The notes under the pieces are model-generated. The model saw only the letters and a program-made list of their open reading frames with translations. It had not been told where the DNA came from and ran no database searches. From Clostridiales bacterium (GTDB taxonomy: Bacteria; Bacillota; Clostridia; Peptostreptococcales; T1SED10-28), in NCBI GenBank assembly GCA_007120165.1, contig SKOH01000087.1, positions 1,167 to 65,166 on the forward strand: DNA of 64,000 nucleotides, written 5' to 3'. Made by a program: the position numbers and the translations under genes. Below are positions 20,227 to 31,441 of the stretch, one piece after another (positions within the stretch are counted from its first letter, which is position 1; each line of letters begins with the position of its first letter).

Positions 20227-21504
20227 CTATCGGTAAACCGCAGGACTGCCTTCTTTATCGTAAACCAGTTTTCCGTCTTTGATAACCTTTTCCACGGTGC
20301 TTACCCCAATATGGTAAGGGATGAATTTATAGGATTCGAATTCCAGTAAAATCATATCCGCTTTCTTGCCTGCATCAATGCTGCCGATGGTATCGGCACG
20401 GTCCAGGGCTGCCGCTCCGTTTATCGTAAAGGCGGTGATGGCTTCCTCGGTGGAAATATTCATATACAGCGTTGCCAGGGAAAAAATCAACGGAATGGAT
20501 TCGGAAAAACAGCTTCCCGGATTCAAATCCGTGGCTAAGGCTACCGCGGCGCCCCGGTCAATCATCTCCCGTCCCCGGGCATATTTTTCCTTAAGGCTGA
20601 AGGCCGTACCGGGCAGCAAGGTGGCCACCACGCCTTCCTTTGCCATTTGATCAATCCCTTCATCCGAGGCTTGCAGTAAATGGTCCGCAGAAACCGCTCC
20701 CAGTTCCGCTGCAAGCTCGGCGCCTCCTAAGGGAACAATTTCATCCGCATGGAGTTTTACTTTCAGGCCCATTTCCTTGGCCTTGCTTAACAGTCGTCGG
20801 GACTGTTCGATACTAAAAACGTTTTTTTCACAGAATACATCACAAAATTCGGCGAGTTTTTTCTCCACCACCACCGGCAGGACGTCGTTAATGATTTCCT
20901 CAATCATTTCATCCTCCCGGCCCTTATACTCCTTGGGTACCGCATGGGCTCCCAAGTAGGTTTTTACCACTTCAATGGGATGGTCCCGGTCGGTATCCTG
21001 CATAACCTCCAATTGCTTTATTTCCGTATCAAAATCCAGTCCGTACCCGCTTTTTCCCTCTACCGTGGTGACCCCGAAGGACAGCATCGAGTCCAGGCGT
21101 TTCATCCCGTCCCGGTAAAGTTCCTCTTTTGAAGCGGCTTTGGTTTGACGTACACTGCTGAGAATGCCGCCTCCCCGGTTCATGATGTCCATATAGTCAT
21201 CTCCCCGAAGTCTCCAGGAAAACTCCTCCGCTCGGTAGCCTCCCCAAATATAGTGGGTATGGGAATCCACAAATCCCGGTAACAGGGCCTTTCCGTCAGC
21301 ATCCAGGACATCGTATTTTTCTTCATCATACTTCTGGAGAATTTCCGATTGAGGCCCCACGGCTTTAATGATGCCGTCTTCCACAACCACCGCTCCTTTT
21401 TCAATGATTCCCAGATCCGACATTTCCTTACCCTTTTTTGCAGTAAATCCGGAACACGTTACCACTTCCGAGGCATTTTTGATGATCATATTTCTTTTAT
21501 TCAT
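20227..21504 (-). CDS. hutI: Imidazolonepropionase
   Basis: PGFVDSHTH, GVTTVEGKSGYGL, KLHADE, SADHL, ALATDLNPG. Confidence 0.95.
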   Translation of the reverse strand: MNKRNMIIKNASEVVTCSGFTAKKGKEMSDLGIIEKGAVVVEDGIIKAVGPQSEILQKYDEEKYDVLDADGKALLPGFVDSHTHYIWGGYRAEEFSWRLRGDDYMDIMNRGGGILSSVRQTKAASKEELYRDGMKRLDSMLSFGVTTVEGKSGYGLDFDTEIKQLEVMQDTDRDHPIEVVKTYLGAHAVPKEYKGREDEMIEEIINDVLPVVVEKKLAEFCDVFCEKNVFSIEQSRRLLSKAKEMGLKVKLHADEIVPLGGAELAAELGAVSADHLLQASDEGIDQMAKEGVVATLLPGTAFSLKEKYARGREMIDRGAAVALATDLNPGSCFSESIPLIFSLATLYMNISTEEAITAFTINGAAALDRADTIGSIDAGKKADMILLEFESYKFIPYHIGVSTVEKVIKDGKLVYDKEGSPAVYR

Positions 21505-21559
21505 TGGTACATCGCTCCTTTCTGTGAACCTTTAATTTTTTATTGATGGAACTTATAAC

Positions 21560-21592
21560 AATAGCATAAGCACCCGCGGTACTTATGCTATT
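21560..21592 (-). terminator. Stem-loop between ftcD and hutI (terminator or mRNA stabiliser)
   Basis: Minus strand AATAGCATAAGTACC-GCG-GGTGCTTATGCTATT: 15-bp stem with one G.U pair and a weak U tract. Confidence 0.5.
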
Positions 21593-21695
21593 ATGATCCT
21601 AAAGATCTTTTTTATTCCATTTTATAATATACCCTGCGGATAACCTTTTATTCAGCCCCCTTGGCTGAACTTTGAAGGTTTATTGGAATCTTTCT

Positions 21696-22592
21696 TTATT
21701 CCATAATCCGCTGTTCCAATATCTGATCCATCGAGAAGTCTTCCACGCCAAGATAATACACAGCAGTGTCAATTAACGCTTCCATCGGCAGCAGGCCGAT
21801 AATTTCCGAACCTACCACATTCACACCGTAGCGCTTTGCTTCAATTTTAATCATTTCAAATACCCGGTATAAAGCGGTTTTTGTAAAGTCCGTCATATTC
21901 ATTGAAACCTGTACAATTCCCCGGTCCTTCAGTTCTATGCCAATGCCTTTGCAGTACCTGAACCCGCCGCTTAAATGGCGGACATTCCTGGCAATCTGAT
22001 TGGCAAAATCAAGATTGTCCGTATCCAGGTTGACATTAAAGGCAACCAGGGGCATTCTAGCTCCCACTGCGGTGATGCCTGCGGTGGGATGGATTTTTCT
22101 GCCGCCGAAATCCGGCTCCCATTCCTCCTGCTGTACTTTTTCTTCCATTCCCTCAAACTGTCCTTTTCTTACCTTGGCAAGGTTTTGTCTGTGTAGGGCC
22201 GAAGCCGAATTTTCATAGAGGAAAATCGGCAGATCATATTTTTCATTTACCGCCTTGGCCACTTCCTTGGAAAGTTCAATGGCCTCATCCATGGTCACGT
22301 TTTTGATCGGAATAAAGGGAACCACATCGGTCGCCCCCATTCTTGGATGCTGTCCTTCGTGTCTGGTCATATCGATTTCGTTAATGGCCGTGCCAATGGC
22401 CTCAATTACCGCTTCCTTTAACGGATCCGGTTCTCCCACCAGGGTTACCACGGTCCGGTTATGATCTTCATCGGAGCTGTAATTCAACAGTTTTACCCCG
22501 TTTTTTCCCCGGAAGGCTTCGACGATTCGATCCACTTTTTTCGGATCTCTTCCTTCACTGAAATTCGGTACGCATTGTACGATCTTGTTCAT
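21696..22592 (-). CDS. ftcD: Glutamate formimidoyltransferase (transferase domain only)
   Basis: CVPNFSEGR, DHNRTVVT, HEGQHPRMGATDVVPF, VQVSMN. Confidence 0.95.
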   Translation of the reverse strand: MNKIVQCVPNFSEGRDPKKVDRIVEAFRGKNGVKLLNYSSDEDHNRTVVTLVGEPDPLKEAVIEAIGTAINEIDMTRHEGQHPRMGATDVVPFIPIKNVTMDEAIELSKEVAKAVNEKYDLPIFLYENSASALHRQNLAKVRKGQFEGMEEKVQQEEWEPDFGGRKIHPTAGITAVGARMPLVAFNVNLDTDNLDFANQIARNVRHLSGGFRYCKGIGIELKDRGIVQVSMNMTDFTKTALYRVFEMIKIEAKRYGVNVVGSEIIGLLPMEALIDTAVYYLGVEDFSMDQILEQRIME

Positions 22593-22663
22593 TTGTATAA
22601 TCCCCTTTCATTTTGAAACTGCTCGCTGAATCGCAGATTCAGTTAATTATTTCACGAATAATC

Positions 22664-22700
22664 AGCCCTATCCGAAAGATTTTTTCTTTCAGATAAGGCT
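22664..22700 (-). other. Intercistronic 16-bp stem-loop directly after the hutU stop
   Basis: Minus strand AGCCTTATCTGAAAGA-N5-TCTTTCGGATAGGGCT with two G.U pairs. A second small hairpin CTGAATC-GCA-GATTCAG follows. Confidence 0.55.
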
Positions 22701-22707
22701 ATAGGTG

Positions 22708-24744
22708 TTATTTTTTATTTTTTTCAAAGGCTGAGGCTACTAAATCCTCTACTAAGCCTTCTCTCGGAATATAGGGAATCGTAATATGATCCGCTCCGGT
22801 ATTTTCTTTATTGTATTCGATACTGGTAGTGATGGAGTTTTCATTTCTGGCCCAGGCCCGTCTTGCAACGCCGCCCATAACATCCCAGGGCATGGCGGTA
22901 CTAAGAATATCATCCACTCTTCGGCTTCCGTCAAGAACCATTCCGAAGCCTCCGTTGATGGATTTTCCGATCCCCACGCCTCCGCCGTTATGAAGGGCAA
23001 TCAGGCTCATGCCCCTGGCTGCATTTCCGGCGAAGCACTGGGTAGCCATATCCGCCATGACATTGCTGCCGTCTTTAATATTGGCGGTTTCTCTAAAGGG
23101 TGAATCGGTGCCGCTGACGTCGTGGTGATCCCGTCCAAGCATAATCGGACCCACTTCCCCTTTTCGTACCATTTCATTAAATTTCAGTGCAATTTTTGTC
23201 CGTCCCATGGCGTCCTGATAAAGAATTCTTGCCTGGGTGCCCACAACCAGTCTGTTTTCCTCCGCATCCCGAATCCAAACGTAGTTATCCCGGTCCTGGC
23301 CCCGTCGATCCGGGTCTATGCAGTCCATGGCCGCTTTATCGGTCTTTTGAAGGTCCTTAGGGTCTCCGCTTAGGCAAACCCATCGGAAGGGTCCATAACC
23401 ATAGTCAAAGAGCTCCGGTCCCATGATGTCCTCCACATAGGAGGGGAAAATGAAACCATCTTTGTCATCAATCTTATTCTTGGAAATCTCCTTTACTCCC
23501 GCATCGTATACCGCTTTCATAAAAGAGTTTCCGTAATCAAAGAAGTAGGTTCCCCGCTCGTCCAGGGTTTTGATCAGCTCAAAGTGTCTTTTCAGGGTGT
23601 CGTCCACCATTTCCTTAAACTTTTCCCGATCCGTCTGAAGCAGTTCGGTCCGTTCTTCGAAGGAAAGTCCCTGGGGACAATAGCCTCCATCGTAAACTGC
23701 ATGACAGGAAGTCTGGTCCGATAACAGCTCAATTTTTTCGTGATTTTCCACGGCATACTCCAGCAGATCCACAATATTACCATGGTAGGCAATAGAGATG
23801 GGCTCCCGTTTTTCCATATATTCCTTCGCGGTGTCGAAAACTTCTTTTAAGTCGCTGGAAATTTTACTGACCCACCCTTGATCATATCGGGTTTTAATTC
23901 GGGAGTAATCAACCTCTGCCACAATCCCGACGCCGTTGGCAATTTCTATGGCCTTTGGCTGGGCACCACTCATGCCCCCAAGTCCCGAGGAAACGAACAG
24001 ATGTCCCCGTAGGTCCTGATCATCGGCGATGCCAAGCTTTTTCCGCCCGGCGTTGACAATGGTATTAAAGGTGCCGTGGACAATTCCCTGAGGGCCGATA
24101 TACATCCATCCCCCGGCAGTCATCTGCCCGTAATTGGCAACGCCCATCTGTTCTGCAATCTCCTGATCCGTAATATTATCAAACATTCCGATCATTAAAG
24201 AATTGGTAATGATTACCCTTGGGGCTTTTGGATGGGATTTAAACAGTCCCAGGGGATGGCCGGATTCCACCACTAAGGTCTGATCCTCCGTCAATTCTTC
24301 CAAATATCTCTTTAACAGCTGATACTGCATCCAGTTCTGGCACACCCGTCCGGTTTCTCCGTAGGTTACCAGCTCATAGGGGTATAGAGCAATGTCAAAG
24401 TCCAGATTGTTGTCAATCATCACCTGCATCGCTTTTCCTTCAAGACATTTTCCTTTATATTCATGGACCGGTTTTCCTTTGATTTCCCCCTCCGGCCGAA
24501 AACGGTAGCCGTAGATTCTTCCCTTGGTCATCAGCTCCTCCAGAAATTCCGGAGCCAAGGTTTCGTGCAGGGACTCGGGAACATAACGGAGGGCGTTTTT
24601 CAACGCCACTTCCGTCTGGTCCTTGGATAATTTAAATCCCCGATTGGGAGCTCTACGGATTCCCTCCTGAAAAATCGGATCCTTCGGCAACTGATCCTCC
24701 AGTTTAATGGTCATTGCCTGAGATACATCAAAATTGCTGCTCAT
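22708..24744 (-). CDS. hutU: Urocanate hydratase (long, ~680 aa form)
   Basis: YPYELVTYGETG, QMTAGGWMYIGPQGIVHGT, DQTSCH, GRDHHDVSGTDSPFRET, LHNGGGVGIG. Confidence 0.96.
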   Translation of the reverse strand: MSSNFDVSQAMTIKLEDQLPKDPIFQEGIRRAPNRGFKLSKDQTEVALKNALRYVPESLHETLAPEFLEELMTKGRIYGYRFRPEGEIKGKPVHEYKGKCLEGKAMQVMIDNNLDFDIALYPYELVTYGETGRVCQNWMQYQLLKRYLEELTEDQTLVVESGHPLGLFKSHPKAPRVIITNSLMIGMFDNITDQEIAEQMGVANYGQMTAGGWMYIGPQGIVHGTFNTIVNAGRKKLGIADDQDLRGHLFVSSGLGGMSGAQPKAIEIANGVGIVAEVDYSRIKTRYDQGWVSKISSDLKEVFDTAKEYMEKREPISIAYHGNIVDLLEYAVENHEKIELLSDQTSCHAVYDGGYCPQGLSFEERTELLQTDREKFKEMVDDTLKRHFELIKTLDERGTYFFDYGNSFMKAVYDAGVKEISKNKIDDKDGFIFPSYVEDIMGPELFDYGYGPFRWVCLSGDPKDLQKTDKAAMDCIDPDRRGQDRDNYVWIRDAEENRLVVGTQARILYQDAMGRTKIALKFNEMVRKGEVGPIMLGRDHHDVSGTDSPFRETANIKDGSNVMADMATQCFAGNAARGMSLIALHNGGGVGIGKSINGGFGMVLDGSRRVDDILSTAMPWDVMGGVARRAWARNENSITTSIEYNKENTGADHITIPYIPREGLVEDLVASAFEKNKK

Positions 24745-24761
24745 ATAGGATCTCTCCCTTC

Positions 24762-26432
24762 CTAAAATAATCCTGTGATGGTTCCTTCTTCGTCAATATC
24801 CATTTTTTCTGCAGATGGAACTTTAGGAAGTCCCGGCATAGTCATAACGTCTCCGGTTAGGCAAACGATGAATCCGGCTCCTGCGGATACGTTTACTTCC
24901 CGTACGGTAATATCAAAACCTGTGGGTGCTCCCAGTAACGTCGGATCGTCGGATAAGGAGTATTGGGTCTTTGCCATACAAATCGGCAGTTTGTCCAATC
25001 CGAGTTCTTCAAGTTTTTGAATCTGCTTTTTCGCTTTTCCGGTAAAGACTACTTCGTTACCACCATAGATTTCTCTAACAATGGTTCCCACTTTTTCCGG
25101 AATGGAGGCTTCAACTTCATATAAAGGTCTATAATCCGCTTCCCCTTTTTCTACAATGCCTACCACCTTTTCAGCCAGTTCAATTCCGCCTTCTCCTCCG
25201 GCAGTAAATACTTCGGACAGTGCCACTTCCACACCCAGCTCATCGCAAAGGGTTCTCATAGCATCGATTTCTGCGTCGGTGTCTGTCGGGAATTTATTCA
25301 TTGCCACAACTGCGGGTAAACCGAACTTTCGAATGTTTTCCACTTGCTTTTTAAGATTTACAAATCCTGCAGTAAGCGCCTCTACATTTTCTTCCTGTAA
25401 ACTCTTTTTGTCCACGCCGCCGTGCATCTTCAGTGCCCGAATGGTACCGACAATCACTACAGCGTCCGGTCGTAATCCGCCGTATCGACACTTGATGTCT
25501 AAGAATTTCTCAGCTCCAAGGTCTGCACCGAATCCGGCTTCAGTTACCGCATAGTCTCCTAACTTAAGAGCCATTTTGGTAGCCATGATACTGTTGCAGC
25601 CATGGGCAATATTTGCAAAAGGTCCGCCGTGAATGAAGGCTGGCGTGTTTTCCAAAGTTTGTACCAGGTTCGGCTTCATCGCATCTTTCAATAATAGCGC
25701 TAAGGCCCCCTGAATGTTTAACTCTCTTGCATACACCGGCTTATTCGTTCTTGTATAGGCAACCACAATGTTTCCAAGTCTTTCCTTAAGGTCTGCTAAG
25801 CTGTTGGCAAGACATAACGTTGCCATAATTTCCGATGCAACGGAGATCATAAAGCTGTCCTGTCGGGTAAATCCGTTTCCTTTTGGTCCAAGACCCACCG
25901 TTACTTCCCGTAGCGCACGGTCGTTCATATCCAGTACCCGTTTCCAAACAATTTGTCGCATATCAATATCCAAGGCGTTTCCCTGGTGAATGTGATTGTC
26001 AATGGTTGCAGATAACAGGTTGTTTGCAGTGGTAATGGCGTGCATATCTCCGGTAAAGTGAAGATTAATGTCTTCCATTGGAACTACCTGTGCATATCCG
26101 CCTCCCGCAGCTCCGCCTTTTACACCGAAAACCGGTCCTAAGGAAGGTTCCCGAAGGGCGATTGCGGTTTTCTTGCCGATTTTATTCAGTGCCTGGCCCA
26201 GTCCTACGGTGGTGGTTGATTTTCCTTCACCGGCGGGAGTAGGGTTGATGGCTGTCACTAAGATTAATTTTCCGTATTCTTCCTTTTCCAGTCGATCAAA
26301 TAAATCAAGGGATACCTTTGCTTTATAATGTCCATACATCTCCAGCTCTTCGCTTTTGATGCCTGCCTCCTCAGCGATTTCAGAAATATACTTCATTTTT
26401 GCCTGTTGTGCAATTTGAATATCAGTTAACAT
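24762..26432 (-). CDS. fhs: Formate--tetrahydrofolate ligase
   Basis: [63 protein letters not shown]. Confidence 0.97.
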   Translation of the reverse strand: MLTDIQIAQQAKMKYISEIAEEAGIKSEELEMYGHYKAKVSLDLFDRLEKEEYGKLILVTAINPTPAGEGKSTTTVGLGQALNKIGKKTAIALREPSLGPVFGVKGGAAGGGYAQVVPMEDINLHFTGDMHAITTANNLLSATIDNHIHQGNALDIDMRQIVWKRVLDMNDRALREVTVGLGPKGNGFTRQDSFMISVASEIMATLCLANSLADLKERLGNIVVAYTRTNKPVYARELNIQGALALLLKDAMKPNLVQTLENTPAFIHGGPFANIAHGCNSIMATKMALKLGDYAVTEAGFGADLGAEKFLDIKCRYGGLRPDAVVIVGTIRALKMHGGVDKKSLQEENVEALTAGFVNLKKQVENIRKFGLPAVVAMNKFPTDTDAEIDAMRTLCDELGVEVALSEVFTAGGEGGIELAEKVVGIVEKGEADYRPLYEVEASIPEKVGTIVREIYGGNEVVFTGKAKKQIQKLEELGLDKLPICMAKTQYSLSDDPTLLGAPTGFDITVREVNVSAGAGFIVCLTGDVMTMPGLPKVPSAEKMDIDEEGTITGLF

Positions 26433-26457
26433 TTTATCTCATCCTTTCTTTATTGTG

Positions 26458-26486
26458 ATAATAGTATGATAACTTTCCACCGTCAA
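26458..26486 (-). promoter_or_regulatory. sigmaA-type promoter at the head of the fhs-hut cluster
   Basis: Minus strand TTGACG-17 bp-TATTAT, ending about 25 bp before the fhs ATG. Confidence 0.6.
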
Positions 26487-26496
26487 TTTTACGTCG

Positions 26497-26532
26497 AAAA
26501 AAAACACGCTGAAGTACTTTTTTCAGCGTGTT
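26497..26532 (-). terminator. Intrinsic terminator after whiA
   Basis: AACACGCTGAA-N8-TTCAGCGTGTT plus a U tract. Confidence 0.8.
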
Positions 26533-26641
26533 GTAAGGATCAACTTTGATATTTTTTTGCCTTTCCCAGGGTGGCCCTGAAAACTGCTGAAATGAAGCTT
26601 CGGGAAACCCATTAAATAAACTGTCTGCTGCAAAATAATGG

Positions 26642-27589
26642 CTAACGGTTACCACGAATTTTATCTGCAAGGCTTTCAATTTTTCGGAATCGGTGATTCA
26701 CCCCGGATTTCCCCACCGGGGGGTCCATCATCTCTCCCAGCTCTTTAAAACTGGCGTCTTCATGGCGGATCCTCAGTTCCGCCAAGGTTCTCAACCCTTC
26801 GGAGAGCTCGTCTAAACCGATGGTCCGCTGGATAAGATGAATATTTTCCAACTGTTTTACCGAGGCATTTACAGTCTTGCTGAGATTGGCGGTCTCACAG
26901 TTGACGATACGGTTAATGTTGTTGCGCATCTCCTTTAAAATCCGGGCGTTTTCCAACTCCAGCAATGCATTATGGGCGCCGATAATATTTAACAGTTCCA
27001 CGATTTGATCCCCTTCTTTGAGGTATACCACCTGGTATTTTTTCCGGGGGACGATCTTGGCATTGAGACCAAAGGAGTTGATCAGGTTTTGGATCCCTGC
27101 GGCAACCTCCATTTCATGGGCGACAAATTCCAGATGATAGGTTTTTTCAGGGGCGCTGACGGACCCGCCGGAGAGAAATGCTCCCCTGAGATAAGCCCTT
27201 TTACAGCACCGTTTTTTAAATATATCGGTCTCAGGAAAATGCTTTAGTTCCTGGGCCGTGTTTTTTCTCATCAGTCCCAGCTCTTCCAGTATTCTACTGC
27301 TGCCCATGGTATGGGTAATGGCCATTAAATAATAATTGGATTTTTTAAAGCTTGAATTTTTCCGGACCTTTATTTCCGGATTAATGGCAAACTGCATCTT
27401 GATCAGTTTGAAAATTTTCCTCGCTACCGCCGGATTCTCCACGGTTACCTTTAAGTTGAATTTTTCCCCGGGGGTCTGGACAGCTTCCCCATTTAAACCG
27501 ATTAAGGCCGCAAGTTCCGCTTTGCTGCAGCAGCTTTTCTCCCCTTCCAGTCGTGCCAGTTCCCCTTTGGTTTTTAACGAAAAAGACAT
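26642..27589 (-). CDS. whiA: DNA-binding protein WhiA
   Basis: CCKRAYLRGAFLSGGS, NRIVNCETANL, SKTVNAS, GKSGVNHR. Confidence 0.95.
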   Translation of the reverse strand: MSFSLKTKGELARLEGEKSCCSKAELAALIGLNGEAVQTPGEKFNLKVTVENPAVARKIFKLIKMQFAINPEIKVRKNSSFKKSNYYLMAITHTMGSSRILEELGLMRKNTAQELKHFPETDIFKKRCCKRAYLRGAFLSGGSVSAPEKTYHLEFVAHEMEVAAGIQNLINSFGLNAKIVPRKKYQVVYLKEGDQIVELLNIIGAHNALLELENARILKEMRNNINRIVNCETANLSKTVNASVKQLENIHLIQRTIGLDELSEGLRTLAELRIRHEDASFKELGEMMDPPVGKSGVNHRFRKIESLADKIRGNR

Positions 27590-27608
27590 TTCCTCACGTC
27601 CTTATTTT

Positions 27609-28025
27609 CTACATTTTCTTTTTATACAGCCGTAGACCCCGTTCAATAATCTTCTTTTCATCCTGGTAGCGGGCCATGTCCACGGCTTTGTCCTCATGTA
27701 CGAAAATCGCTTCAATAAAACCTTCTTCTTTTTGAGGAATACAGTCAATCGAATTGGACTCCATTAAAAACCAGTGCACGGTTTTATACACCCGCTGGTC
27801 TTTGCTCCAGGAGTTGTGATAACTGTATTCAATTTTATCGATATATTTAAGAGGCCGTGCACGGACTTTTGCCTCTTCCAAGACTTCCCGCTGAGCGGTT
27901 TCCTCCAAGGTCTCCCCCGCTTCCACCTTCCCTTTGGGAAGTACAAAATCCCCATTATATTTTTTAAGCAGAAGGATCGCATTCCCGAAAATCACAACCC
28001 CGCCGGCACTGATTTCTATGCTCAA
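27609..28025 (-). CDS. NUDIX hydrolase
   Basis: Nudix box PKGKVEAGETLEETAQREVLEE; TTG start. Confidence 0.85.
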   Translation of the reverse strand: MSIEISAGGVVIFGNAILLLKKYNGDFVLPKGKVEAGETLEETAQREVLEEAKVRARPLKYIDKIEYSYHNSWSKDQRVYKTVHWFLMESNSIDCIPQKEEGFIEAIFVHEDKAVDMARYQDEKKIIERGLRLYKKKM

Positions 28026-28225
28026 AACTCTCCACCCCTTTATTTTGTGGATGTGCGTATAATTTTGTTAATTATTATTTATTATAGCATAATAAGGGCA
28101 ATCTTTAAAATCCTTAAAAAAGAAGCCCCGGATATCAAGGGGCTTCTTCAGCTCGCTGTAATTAAGTACTTTCATGTATCACGTTTTCCTTTTTCCCGGT
28201 ATTATGAAATAATTAGGGGGGTTTT

Positions 28226-29521
28226 TTATAAAAGCTTTTGAAGCCGTTTCTTTGAGCGCCACCGGTTAAACCACCGTGCTCCCTTGTTTTCGTAGGCGCA
28301 GGACAGGATCAGCCGGGAAAGCTCCAGATTATTATGTCGAACATAGTCCTTTCGAATATCCACTAAATCCTGTTCAATAATCTTAATATTCAGGGCTTCC
28401 AGTTTTTTCCGGTCATCCTCGGTAATAGAGATTAACTCCGCCCCTTCCATTTCATATTTCTCCTTTACTTTAACCGGCAGGGAATCGCTGTTGTTGGCAA
28501 TAACCCAGTCCAATTGCAGATTCGGGTGGTGATTGAACAGACCCTGCACATGGTCAAATACCGAGTATCCGTCGGTCTCCCCGGGCTGGGTCATAATATT
28601 GGGAATATATACCTTTGCCGCCCTGGTATTTTTAATCTCTTTACTTACCCGCTCTACCAACAGGTTTGGAATGATACTGGTATATAAGCTCCCGGGACCG
28701 AGAACCACCACATCGGCTTCTTCAATGGCCCGCAAGGCTTCCCGAAGGGGTTTGGAATACTTGGGCTTAATAAATACCCGCTGGATCGGACTTTGATGTT
28801 CCAGACTCTTCAGGGGAATATCCGATTCCCCTTTGATCACCATGCCGTTTTCCAGTTTCCCGTAAAGGGTAATGTTCTCTAAGGATACCGGCAGCACCTG
28901 GCCGGTAACGGCTAGAATACTGGACATTTCCTTAACGGCCTTTCCGAAATTACCGGTAATGGCGTTCATCGATGCGATAAACAAATTTCCGAAACTTTGT
29001 CCTTTCAAATTCCCCTCTTCAAAGCGGTAATTAAGAAGCTTTTCCATGGTAGGCTCCATGTCCGACAGGGCTAGAATACAGCTTCGGATATCTCCCGGGG
29101 GCAGCATTCCCAAGTCCTCCCGCAGTATCCCCGAGCCGCCGCCGTCGTCGGCTACGGTAACGATCGCCGTTATGTTTGAGGTGAGTTTTTTCAGCCCCCG
29201 AAGGAGCACCGAAAGGCCCGTGCCTCCCCCGACAACCACAACCTTCGGACCCCGGATCAGATGCTTTTGTTTAAGGATCTGACTTCTCAGATCCTTCATT
29301 GAAAAGGTTCTCAGTTTCGTATTGGTAAGGAAAAAAGTAAGCATTCCCCTGAGTGAGGCTATGGTAAGCAATATCCCCACCAAAAGCAAGAGTCCCTTTA
29401 TCGGCAGCGTTAAGTATTCATTCAGTGTAACAAATACGCCGCTGAAAGCGGAGAGGATCATGACCATTCCTAAAAACACTACCAGGATATATTCTTTAAT
29501 CCGCCAGCCGGTTTTCAACAT
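28226..29521 (-). CDS. yvcK: YvcK/GlmR family gluconeogenesis factor with N-terminal membrane segments
   Basis: VVVVGGGTGLS, DDGGGSG, PPGDIR, GPGSLYTSIIPNL, NIMTQPGET. Confidence 0.92.
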   Translation of the reverse strand: MLKTGWRIKEYILVVFLGMVMILSAFSGVFVTLNEYLTLPIKGLLLLVGILLTIASLRGMLTFFLTNTKLRTFSMKDLRSQILKQKHLIRGPKVVVVGGGTGLSVLLRGLKKLTSNITAIVTVADDGGGSGILREDLGMLPPGDIRSCILALSDMEPTMEKLLNYRFEEGNLKGQSFGNLFIASMNAITGNFGKAVKEMSSILAVTGQVLPVSLENITLYGKLENGMVIKGESDIPLKSLEHQSPIQRVFIKPKYSKPLREALRAIEEADVVVLGPGSLYTSIIPNLLVERVSKEIKNTRAAKVYIPNIMTQPGETDGYSVFDHVQGLFNHHPNLQLDWVIANNSDSLPVKVKEKYEMEGAELISITEDDRKKLEALNIKIIEQDLVDIRKDYVRHNNLELSRLILSCAYENKGARWFNRWRSKKRLQKLL

Positions 29522-29566
29522 ATCTTTTACGATAACGGTCTCCCCCTTTCCGGATTTCAGCGTCCC

Positions 29567-30430
29567 CTAGCTCTTTCCTTTGTCTTTGTCCCGATGATGA
29601 ATGGTTACCCGGCTGCCGTCTTCCGTTAGTTCTTTGTAGAGTTTGTTAACCAGTGTAACGGACCGGTGCCTTCCGCCGGTACAGCCAATGGCAATCACCA
29701 GATTGTTTTTTCCTTCCTGTATATAGTTTGGAATTAAGAATCGTATCATATCCAATAGTTTGTCATAGAAGGTTCTGCTTATTTCATGATTCATAACATA
29801 CTGCTGCACCCGGGGGTCGTCCCCGGTATATTCCTTTAATTCTTTCACATAAAAGGGATTTGGTAGAAACCGCACATCAAAAACCAGATCCGATTCCAGG
29901 GGAATTCCGTATTTATAACCGAAGGAAGTTAAGGATATTCTAAGGTTTCTTCCCTTTCGCCCTTCAATGTATAAATTTCGCAGCTCTTCCTTTAAGGACT
30001 GGAGATCCAGACCGGTGGTATCGATGATATTTTTCGCCATCTGACGGAGATTCTGCAGTTTTTTCCGTTCTCTGCTGATTCCTTCTTCCAGGGAACCGTC
30101 CATGGACAGGGGATGACTTCTGCGGGTTTCCTTGAACCGTTTGATCAGTTCCTGATTGCTGGCGTCGAGAAATAAAATTTCATAATAATAACCCAGCCGC
30201 TCCAGTTCTTCCAGGTTTGAGACCAGATCCTCGAAAAATTCTCCTCCCCGGATATCCAGTACAATGGCCACTTTCTCAAAGGTGCCCTGGGACTGGTCGC
30301 ATAATTCCGCAAACTTCGGCAACAGCATTGGAGGCATGTTATCAACACAGTAATACCCTAAATCTTCCATGTATTTGACCACTTGACTTTTCCCGGCACC
30401 GGACATCCCGGTAATAATGGTGAACTTCAT
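29567..30430 (-). CDS. rapZ: RNase adapter RapZ/YvcJ (P-loop NTPase)
   Basis: [34 protein letters not shown]. Confidence 0.95.
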   Translation of the reverse strand: MKFTIITGMSGAGKSQVVKYMEDLGYYCVDNMPPMLLPKFAELCDQSQGTFEKVAIVLDIRGGEFFEDLVSNLEELERLGYYYEILFLDASNQELIKRFKETRRSHPLSMDGSLEEGISRERKKLQNLRQMAKNIIDTTGLDLQSLKEELRNLYIEGRKGRNLRISLTSFGYKYGIPLESDLVFDVRFLPNPFYVKELKEYTGDDPRVQQYVMNHEISRTFYDKLLDMIRFLIPNYIQEGKNNLVIAIGCTGGRHRSVTLVNKLYKELTEDGSRVTIHHRDKDKGKS

Positions 30431-30473
30431 CCCATCATCTCCTTGTTTATGACTGATCAGTAAGTCCTTCAGA

Positions 30474-31397
30474 CTACTCTTCTCCGATAATGCGGAGTTC
30501 CCGTTCTAAGGTGACACCGAATTTTTCTTTGACGGTCTTTTGTATGGTTTCGACTAAATCCATTACATCCTGGGCAGTAGCGTCTCCCTGATTTACAATA
30601 AAGCCGCAGTGCAGGGTGGATACTTCCGCTCCGCCGATCCGATGGCCCCGAAGATTGCTGTCCTGTATCAGTTTTCCTGCATAATACCCTTCCGGACGTT
30701 TAAAGACGCTTCCGGCACTGGGCAGCTGCAAGGGTTGTTTCGTGGTCCGCTTATGATCCAGGTCCTGAATGGTTTCGTAGATTTCTTTCGGATCTCCTTT
30801 TTCAAGCTCCATTACCACTTCCAGTACCGCATAATCATTATCCTGCAAAATACTGTTCCGGTAACGCATTTTCAACTCCTCATTTCGAAGAGTGATCACC
30901 TGTCCTTTATCATCCAATGCGGTTACGGAAGTGACCACATCCTTCATCTCGCCGCCGTAAGCCCCGGCATTCATAAATACTGCACCCCCTAGGCTCCCCG
31001 GGATGCCGCTGGCAAATTCAAAACCTTTCAGTGACGCCTTTGCAATTCTTTTGGCCAGTCTCGACAACAAAATTCCCGATTCCGCGGTTACCGTGGTGCC
31101 TTCAATGGTTACATGATTATAACTCTCTCCCAGCTTTATTACCACTCCCCGGATGCCTTTGTCCCGGACCAGTAAATTGCTTGCATTGCCGATGATCATG
31201 TAGGGGATTTCCTCTTTTTTCAAATTTCTTACGGTCTCCGTGATCTCCTCCATTTTTGTCGGCAGCACCAGATAATCCACCGGCCCTCCGATTTTGAAAG
31301 AAGTATGATTTTTCATCGGTTCATCGATTAAAATCCTGTCACTGTCCACGGTTTTTTTCAAGATTTCCAACACATTCTTATTTTCCAAACTGTTCAC
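30474..31397 (-). CDS. murB: UDP-N-acetylmuramate dehydrogenase
   Basis: [48 protein letters not shown]. Confidence 0.96.
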   Translation of the reverse strand: MNSLENKNVLEILKKTVDSDRILIDEPMKNHTSFKIGGPVDYLVLPTKMEEITETVRNLKKEEIPYMIIGNASNLLVRDKGIRGVVIKLGESYNHVTIEGTTVTAESGILLSRLAKRIAKASLKGFEFASGIPGSLGGAVFMNAGAYGGEMKDVVTSVTALDDKGQVITLRNEELKMRYRNSILQDNDYAVLEVVMELEKGDPKEIYETIQDLDHKRTTKQPLQLPSAGSVFKRPEGYYAGKLIQDSNLRGHRIGGAEVSTLHCGFIVNQGDATAQDVMDLVETIQKTVKEKFGVTLERELRIIGEE

Positions 31398-31441
31398 TCC
31401 TCGTAATTATTCTATGTTTTTTTGAATTTCCCATTGTATTT

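Noticed and set aside
26433-26500. ZTP or THF riboswitch upstream of fhs
   Set aside because: The predicted -10 ends about 25 bp before the ATG, leaving no room, and no consensus is visible.
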